A DNA stretch of 64,000 nt, taken from assembly GCF_000372725.1 (NCBI RefSeq), contig NW_005202237.1:186001-250000 (forward strand). The letters run 5' to 3'. The DNA is from Emiliania huxleyi CCMP1516. Taxonomy: Eukaryota. This document shows positions 56,862 through 64,000 of this stretch, piece after piece. The position numbers and the translations under genes are program-made. Below the pieces are notes generated by a model. The model had not been told where the DNA came from, did not search any database, and worked only from the letters and a program-made list of their open reading frames with translations. Each line of letters starts with the position of its first letter. The stretch's first letter is position 1.

Positions 56862-57953
56862 ATGCCGCATGCATGGCTCCGGGTCAACACGACGTTGAAC
56901 CACGCAGATCTCGCCCGCCTAGTGCCGGGTATACAGCCAGCCACCGACGAGGAGTGGTTGCAACGGCACCACACGGTTTTGCAGCTCAAGAAGACGGTTG
57001 CCAGTCATCATGCGCCGCTCTCGGCCAATCAGCAGAGGAGCACAGAGCAGTGGATACGGACCCTCGATCCTAGTCACGCGACGCTGGTGCAGATCGGAGC
57101 CAACCTGCACCAGAGCACGAGCTACGCCAACAGTGACCCAGGGCCGCAGTGCGTGGCGCTCGGATGGCGTGCCCTCCTGCTTGAGCCCGCGCCGCCCATC
57201 TTTGCGAGGCTGCGCGCCAAGTATTCGAATCGCACGCGTTACCGGCGCGTGCGGACGGTGAACGCCGCGGTGTGCGACCAGTGTGGGTCGGAGCCGGTGC
57301 CGTTCTGGCACGTGGACACGTCAAACGCGACAGGGAACTGGGGCTCTTTGCACGCTGATGCTAGGTGCCTCCCCCTGCACGACAGGGCCATCGGCAGGCG
57401 TGTGAGCAGGAGCGTGACCAACGGCGAGCACGTCCGCCTCGAGGCGATCGACACCTTCATCTCCGAGATCTCATCGCTCAGCGCATCGCACCTCGTCCAG
57501 TTCCAACGGCTCTACACGACGCAACGCGGCCCGTGCGCCCTGTGCGGCCAGCTACTGGCGGGCCGTGCCTACGACGCCTCTTGCAGCTCGCGCGTCATCC
57601 GCGACAACATGCGCTCGACTACCGTGCGCTGCTACTGCATGCGACAGGAGCTACCGTGGGAGCACGTCTCACTCTTGACCATTGGTGCGCACACACACTA
57701 GCGCCGCAGACGGGCCTGCGTCGCATATACTGACGCACGAGGGCCCCGCGCAGATGCGGAGGGTCACGACTACAGTGTGCTGTCTCAGTACCCGTTTGCC
57801 TCCAGTCCGGTCCAGCGGGTCGTCTTCGAGGCGACGCACATGCGCAACGTCGACTTCGATCGCGCTGCCGCGCTGCTCGATTCGCATGGCTTCGTCTTTC
57901 TGAAGGGCGGCTACAAGGCCGGTGACAACGTCTGGCACCACCCCGGACGTTGA
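56862..57953 (+). CDS. FkbM-family SAM-dependent methyltransferase; 2 exons, start uncertain
   Basis: LVQIGAN, GWRALLLEP and VNAAV. Intron 57685-57753 restores LLTIDAEGHDYSVL...VVFE...GF. Stop at 57951-57953. Confidence 0.85.
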
Positions 57954-58847
57954 CTGCCAACCGGCCATGCGCGCCCGCCGGTGGGCGTCCATGCGGCGGA
58001 GCCGCCGCTAGAATTGTTTTGGGGCTGAGGCCCTGCCTCTCACTCGGAGAGCGCATCGATTTCCCCCCCAGAGGAGTGTTTTCCGTCGCGTGAGAAAAGT
58101 GTTGGTAGGGAAAGGGGGAGGAAGCTACAAAGGCTTGACTAATAGCCGCCGTCGGAGTGGAGCGTGCTCGAGGTGGCCGTCTGGCTCGAGCACCGCTCCC
58201 CGGCTCTCTCTCGCACGCCTCGATCTCACCGAGCGCGCCGCCCTGCGCGCGACTATGAGCAAGGAGAAGATGGACGCGGCGTCTCCCTCGCTCTGTGCGC
58301 GGAGTTCGAGCTCCTGCTCAAGCTGGGCGTAGCCGCAGGTGGCCGCAGTCCCTCGCACTATCATCACGGGTAAACTCCCGACCCTCCGGCTAACTAAACT
58401 GGGTTGACGGCCGGCAGATCCATTGGGCGAGGGAGCGAGCGGGCGTCGCGTGACGCGTCACACCCCTCAGCCTCTCACCGATGGCAGAGCGTATGGGCTG
58501 CGCAAAAATCGCCTTGGAGCACTTGGAGTGCAGTCATTAACCTCACATCCAGGGCCGGGGAGCTAAGAAGCGCACCCAGCGGGCCGGATGATCGGCATCG
58601 GGTTACGGGCTAGAGAGCCCTAGCCCTGGGGGGGCGCGCGTTCGCAGGGAAAGGGCCGTAAAGTAAACACGGGTCTCCGAGGGTTAGTTCCGTGTACCGG
58701 GTTTCCCCTTAACTGCAGAACGCCCCCTCTACTCGGAGCTAACGGACACACAACACTGTACTCCACGCACGTACACGGATACGCTGGAGATTGGTTTTTT
58801 TTTAAAGGCAGAGGGTGCCGTGTTTGTGCTCTGCATCCCGCATCGCG

Positions 58848-60466
58848 ATGGGAGCCTGCGGCAGCAAACAAAAGCTGGCGCACAATCGAGCCACCGCCGC
58901 CAACCAGATATTGGACGCACAGTACGAAGCCCACATCCAGGATCTGGAGACCCGGCTCGAGGAAGCGGAGCGAGCGGCGCGGCAAGCGCAGGACGAGGTA
59001 GCAGAATATAAAGTCCAGGCACAGTTGGCCAGTAGCGCGGCGCTATCGGCGCAGGTCGCCGCGCTCGAGGTGCGGCTCAAGGAGTATGAGGCGCCGAGCA
59101 CGCCCCTTGCCGTCTCCCCTCCTTTCCGGAGCCTTGTCCCGTCGGCCGATCCGTTCGGTCCCCTGGATGGTGGCTCGCCGTCGGCCGATGCAGCGGCCGA
59201 CGATCGGAAGCGGCGGGCGGCGCTCGCGACACGCGTGCAGGCGTGCTACCGGGGCCACTACGCGCGGGCAAAGCTCGAGGCGGCGCAGCTCGAGGAGCGA
59301 CAGGCGTCGCTCTCGCGGCAGAAGGCGGAGGCGCGGCTGCGCGGGCTGCATGCCAAGCAGGCGCTGTCCCCCCGCGGCGAGGGCGAGGGCGAGGGCGGCG
59401 AGGCAGGCGCGGAGGCGGCGGAGGCGGCGGTGGCGGAGGCGGCGGTGGCGGTGGCGAGGCTGCAGCGGGAGGAGGCGGAGGCGGCGGTGAGAGTGCAGGC
59501 GAGGGGAGCTCCTCCCTCGGGAGTACCTGGACCTTGGACCTTGGACCCCCCCCCCCCCCCCCTTTTCCAATGGCCCTTCCTTTTAAAACACCCCATTCCT
59601 TCCCGGGTTAACCCCTCCCCCAAAGGTTCCTTAAACTTCCCCCCCCCCCCCCCCACCACACCCACCCCCCCACCCCCACCCACCCCCCCACCCACGCAGG
59701 CCGTCTACCGAGGCCACCTCGCTCGCGCAGATGCAGAGGCGACTCGCATCCAGCTTGCAGAGGCGGCGATGGCGCGCGCACGCGGGTGCAAGACATCGCA
59801 GCCGCCTCCGTGCCCGCCCGTGGCGCGCATCCAGGCGCAGAGATCCGCCGAGATCCGCCGAGATCCGCCGAGATCCGCCGCCGAGATCCGCACCACCCTG
59901 CCCTCTCGCCCCGTGCCGCGCCCCCCCCAGGCGCAGCACCGCGGGAGCGCTGCTCGTGCGGAGTTCAACTACCTCAAGACGGGCGCCGGCGAGACCGAGC
60001 GCAAGGCGCTGTGCATCTGCTGCTCGTACCCCGGCACCCACCTGGCGCTGCCGGGCTGTGTGAGAGACCAGGCTGCGATGGTCGACCTGCTACCAAAGCA
60101 AGGCTACGACGTCACCTTCCTCACCGACGGCGACAGCCACCACGAANNNNNNNNNNNNNNNNNNNNNNNNNNNNNNNNNNNNNNNNNNNNNNNNNNNNNN
60201 NNNNNNNNNNNNNNNNNNNNNNNNNNNNNNNNNNNNNNNNNNNNNNNNNNNNNNNNNNNNNNNNNNNNNNNNNNNNNNNNNNNNNNNNNNNNNNNNNNNN
60301 NNNNNNNNNNNNNNNNNNNNNNNNNNNNNNNNNNNNNNNNNNNNNNNNNNNNNNNNNNNNNNNNNNNNNNNNNNNNNNNNNNNNNNNNNNNNNNNNNNNN
60401 NNNNNNNNNNNNNNNNNNNNNNNNNNNNNNNNNNNNNNNNNNNNNNNNNNNNNNNNNNNCCACCCC

Positions 60467-60499
<33 letters not shown>

Positions 60500-63400
60500 C
60501 GCCACCCTCGCCGCCGCCCTCCCCGCGGCCCACGCCCTCTCCATGGACTGCCTCCCGCACCCCTTCCCCCCAGACCCGCACCCCTTCCCCCCAGACCCGC
60601 AGAGCTGCTCGCCGCACAGGTCTTCATGGACTGCTGCCACTCGGGCACCATCCTCGACCTCCCCTACACCCTCACGCACGAGGCCACCGGACCGGCGTAC
60701 GACGTCATCCCCGACTGCGGCACGCGACCCTCACCTCGACCCTCACCTCGACCCCCACCTCGACCCTCACCTCGACCCCCACCTCGACCCCCACCTCGAC
60801 CCTCACCTCGACCCTCACCTCGGCCAACACCTCGGCCAACACCTCGGCCAACACCTCGCCCAACACCTCGCCCAACACCTCGCCCAACACCTCGCCCAAC
60901 ACCTCGCCCAACACCTCGCCCAACACCTCGCCCAACACCTCGCCCAACACCTCGACCCTCACCTCGCCCAACACCTCGCCCAACACCTCGCCAGGCACCA
61001 TCTTCTGCGTCTCGGCCGCCCTCGACGAGCAGTGCGCCTACGAGACCTCCGAGGGAGGCGTCTGCACCCGCGCCTTCCTCGGCGCGTACAGGAAGGGCCA
61101 GCCGCCCGGACAGGTGACGAGATCCCCGCCGCCGCAGCTGTCGCCGCAACTCCAACCCCGCCGCAGCTGCAGCCGCGCCGACGCCTTGTCGCTCCTCCAC
61201 TCGCCGCCGCCCTCACCGCGCCCTCCCTCTGCCCTCGGCGCAGATGCTCCAAAAGATGCGCGCGTACGCGCAGGCGAAGAAGATGCCGCAGCAGATCACC
61301 ATGAGCTCGAACCGCCCCTTCACCGACGCGGACGGCTCCTTCATCGACGCCGACCCGGCGAGCCATAGCCGAGATGCGGCCGCGGGGTACAGTCGAGACA
61401 CAGCCGAGACACAGCCGAGCCTACTGCCCCCCCCCCCCCCCCNNNNNNNNNNNNNNNNNNNNNNNNNNNNNNNNNNNNNNNNNNNNNNNNNNNNNNNNNN
61501 NNNNNNNNNNNNNNNNNNNNNNNNNNNNNNNNNNNNNNNNNNNNNNNNNNNNNNNNNNNNNNNNNNNNNNNNNNNNNNNNNNNNNNNNNNNNNNNNNNNN
61601 NNNNNNNNNNNNNNNNNNNNNNNNNNNNNNNNNNNNNNNNNNNNNNNNNNNNNNNNNNNNNTCTTCCCCCCTTCTACCCCGCCCAAAGCTCTGCCTCTTC
61701 CCCCCCTTCTAAACCCGCCCAACAGCTCTGCCTCTTCCCCCCCTTCTAACCCCGCCCAACAGCTCTGCCTCTTCCCCCCCTTCTAAACCCGCCCAACAGC
61801 TCTGCCTCGCGGCAGGGGCGGCGGGCGTCGAGATGAGTTCTGCCGCCGGCTCCTCACTCAGGCGCGCCTCTCGCGTCTCGTCCTTCCGCGAGGACGACGG
61901 CGATGGCGCGCCTTCCGAGGAGGAGGACGTGCCGTCCGGGGAGGAGGAGGACGACGAGGACGAGGCGGCGGCGGCTGCAGCCAAGGCGGCGGGAGAGAAA
62001 GCGGGGGCGGCGGCGGCGGTGGCTGAGGAGGCGGCGAGGGTGGCGGAGGTGGAGGGAGCGGCGGCAGCAGCAGAAGCTGCGGAGGTCGCGGCAGCGGACA
62101 TTGTCAATAAGGCGGCGCCGGACAGCGAGGGAGGAGCGGGAGGGGGATGTCGAGAGTGCCACTTGAAGCAAGTACGTCTCTGTCGTGAGAGTAGGCGATG
62201 CGAGAGGCGGAGGCGGAGGCGGAGGCGGAGAAGGCTGTCGCGGCGGAGGCTGCTCAGCAGAAGCCTTGGGAGCCGTGTCTGACTCCGCGAGGAGCGGCCA
62301 CGCGGGAGAAGGCAAAGGCATACGCCGAAGACGCGTGGGAGAGGGCGCGGCGTCCCGCGCGAGGGCGACGAGTTGTGCAGATCGGCGCTGCTCAGCGCAT
62401 TGCCATGTGGTCAGGCGAGGCGCGACTCCCAGGCGAGGCGCGCAGCTCTCAAGAAGGAGCGCGCCCCCGCGGCTAACGGAGCGGCGGCGGCGGCGGCGGC
62501 GGAGAAGGCTGCCGCTGCGAAGCAGCGGGCCGAGGAGGTGGCGGCGGAGGAGGCGAAGGAGGGGGCGCTTCTGGCCGCCGCCGCGACGGTGGTGGGTGTG
62601 GCGCCAGGCCCCGAGTCGGACGTCGACGGCGGTGAGTACGGCGACGGGGCCGCGTCGTCGGACATGGAGATGTCGCTGTATTCGACGGAGGCGGAGGACA
62701 CCGCGGAGAGGAGCGGGAGGAGGAAGAGCGCCACTTCACCGCTGTCTCTCTCTCTCTGAGCAGGACGACACCGACCAAGAGCAGGAGCTGCTCGACCAGG
62801 AGCAGGAGGTGCTCGACGCGAGAGCGGAATTCGTGGTGGCCGCGTCGGGGGTGTGCGGAGCCCCGGGGGGGAGGAGGGGCCGGGGGGAGGAGGGACCGGG
62901 GGAGGAGGCAGGGACCGGGGGGAGAAGGATGGTCGGTCGCGTCCGCAGCAAGGGAGGGGGGATCTCCTCGCCGCTAGCCCAGCGTCTCCCGGCCCGGCGC
63001 GCCCGCAGGCGGACGTCGGTGCGGAGAAGGCGAAGCTCCTGGCGGCGGCGTCGGAGGCGAGGGCGGCGGCGGCGAGGATCGAGCAAGCGGCGGCGGCGGC
63101 GCGGCGGGCGGCGGAGCATAAGAAGGGCGGCGGGCTCCTTGCGCGTGGGGAGGCGGCGCATAGGAAGCGAGAGGCGGAGGCGGCGGTGCGCGTGCAGGCC
63201 ATGTACCGCGGCCACGTGGTTCGCGCGGAGGCGGAGGCGGAGGCGCTGGAGAAGCGGCGCGCCGAGTGCGCGGTGAAGCTGCAGGCGCTGGGCGCTGCAC
63301 CGCGGGGGTCCCGCCGTGAGATGACCCCGAGATGACCCCGAGATGACCCCGAGATGACCCCGAGACTAGGCGCTGCACCGCGGGAACTCGTCGCGAGCTG

Positions 63401-64000
63401 GGGCGGCGGAGGCGGCGGAGGCGCAGCGAAAGCTGGTGCTGGAGATAGAGATTGCGGCGACGCAAGTCCAGCAGGTGTACCGCGGCGAGCTGGCGCAGGC
63501 GAAGGCGGAGGAGGCGGCGGGGGTGGTTGTGAGCGCGAGCAGCAGCGAGGAGAGCGCCGGCGAGGAGGAGGGCGGGGAGGGGGCGGGCGGAGGGGGCGGG
63601 GTTGGTTGTGCGGCGACGCCGTGGAAGCAGCAGCGGAGCTACCTGGAGAAAGGCTATTCGGCGGCGAAAACCAAGGAGTCGCCGGAGGCGGGCGCGGCCG
63701 CCCCGCGCTCCTGCGGGGCGGGCGGGACGACGGGGATGTCGATACCTCCCCTGAAGCTCGGCGTGGTGGGTGCGCCCTCTGCTGCGTCGCTCGGAGGTGA
63801 CCGACCACCCCTGACCCTGACCCTGACCCCGACCCCGACCCTGACCCTGACCCTGACCCTGTGACCTCTACCCGGACTCAACAGGGGCCACCCCGCGCTG
63901 GTCGGCGGCCCGCGGGTCCGGCGTCTCCTCGCTGAGCGCCGACGACACCGCTTCGGAGCTGGTTGCAGCGGCGGAGGAGGGGGAGGGGGCCGCCGTGTGC
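58848..64000 (+). CDS. Metacaspase (peptidase C14) with multiple IQ calmodulin-binding motifs and N-terminal acylation motif; multi-exon, runs off window
   Basis: MGACGS start, IQ motifs [22 protein letters not shown] and [11 protein letters not shown], p20 [10 protein letters not shown]...LPGCVRD...[16 protein letters not shown], and p10 [11 protein letters not shown]...GGVCTRAF. Further IQ motifs at 63190-63490. Confidence 0.8.
60147..60459. other. Assembly gap (N run)
   Basis: Ns in sequence. Confidence 1.
60725..60992. repeat. 12-bp minisatellite within a metacaspase intron
   Basis: Units gaccc(t/c)cacctc and g(g/c)ccaacacctc. Confidence 0.95.
61443..61661. other. Assembly gap (N run)
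   Basis: Ns in sequence. Confidence 1.

Noticed and set aside
63808..63862. Telomere-like (CCCTGA)n tract; also (GGGTCA)-like at 6050-6085
   Set aside because: Short, internal and apparently intronic hexamer repeats, not a chromosome end.

Overview
Very GC-rich eukaryotic genomic DNA with short spliceosomal introns (many GC-AG), intronic mini/microsatellites and two N gaps. The style strongly suggests a haptophyte such as Emiliania/Gephyrocapsa huxleyi (inference). About 20 protein-coding loci are recognisable: MESD-like chaperone, flavin amine oxidase, OGT/SPINDLY-like GT41, a Nudix-MoaE fusion, nitroreductase, L-domain protein, EF-hand proteins, ankyrin protein, GH81 glucanase, LURP/Tubby-like protein, GT2, pentameric ligand-gated channel-like protein, CINP-like protein, RNase T2, UBA+CRAL-TRIO protein, AlkB-like protein, FkbM methyltransferase and an IQ-motif metacaspase. 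There are also several disrupted genes (P5A ATPase, kinase-HEPN, sulfatase) and mobile elements. The most striking items are: (i) a 5.45-kb non-coding element with split direct repeats (A...B-A...B) around an 8 x 379-bp tandem array, matching TOC1/PAT tyrosine-recombinase retroelement architecture; (ii) an RLK/Pelle-like kinase followed by a DUF4145/HEPN-like domain; (iii) several introns whose ends duplicate the exon junction; (iv) the Nudix-MoaE fusion; (v) a putatively lipid-anchored IQ-motif metacaspase. All family assignments come from motif recognition by eye, with no database search. Exon boundaries are approximate unless stated.
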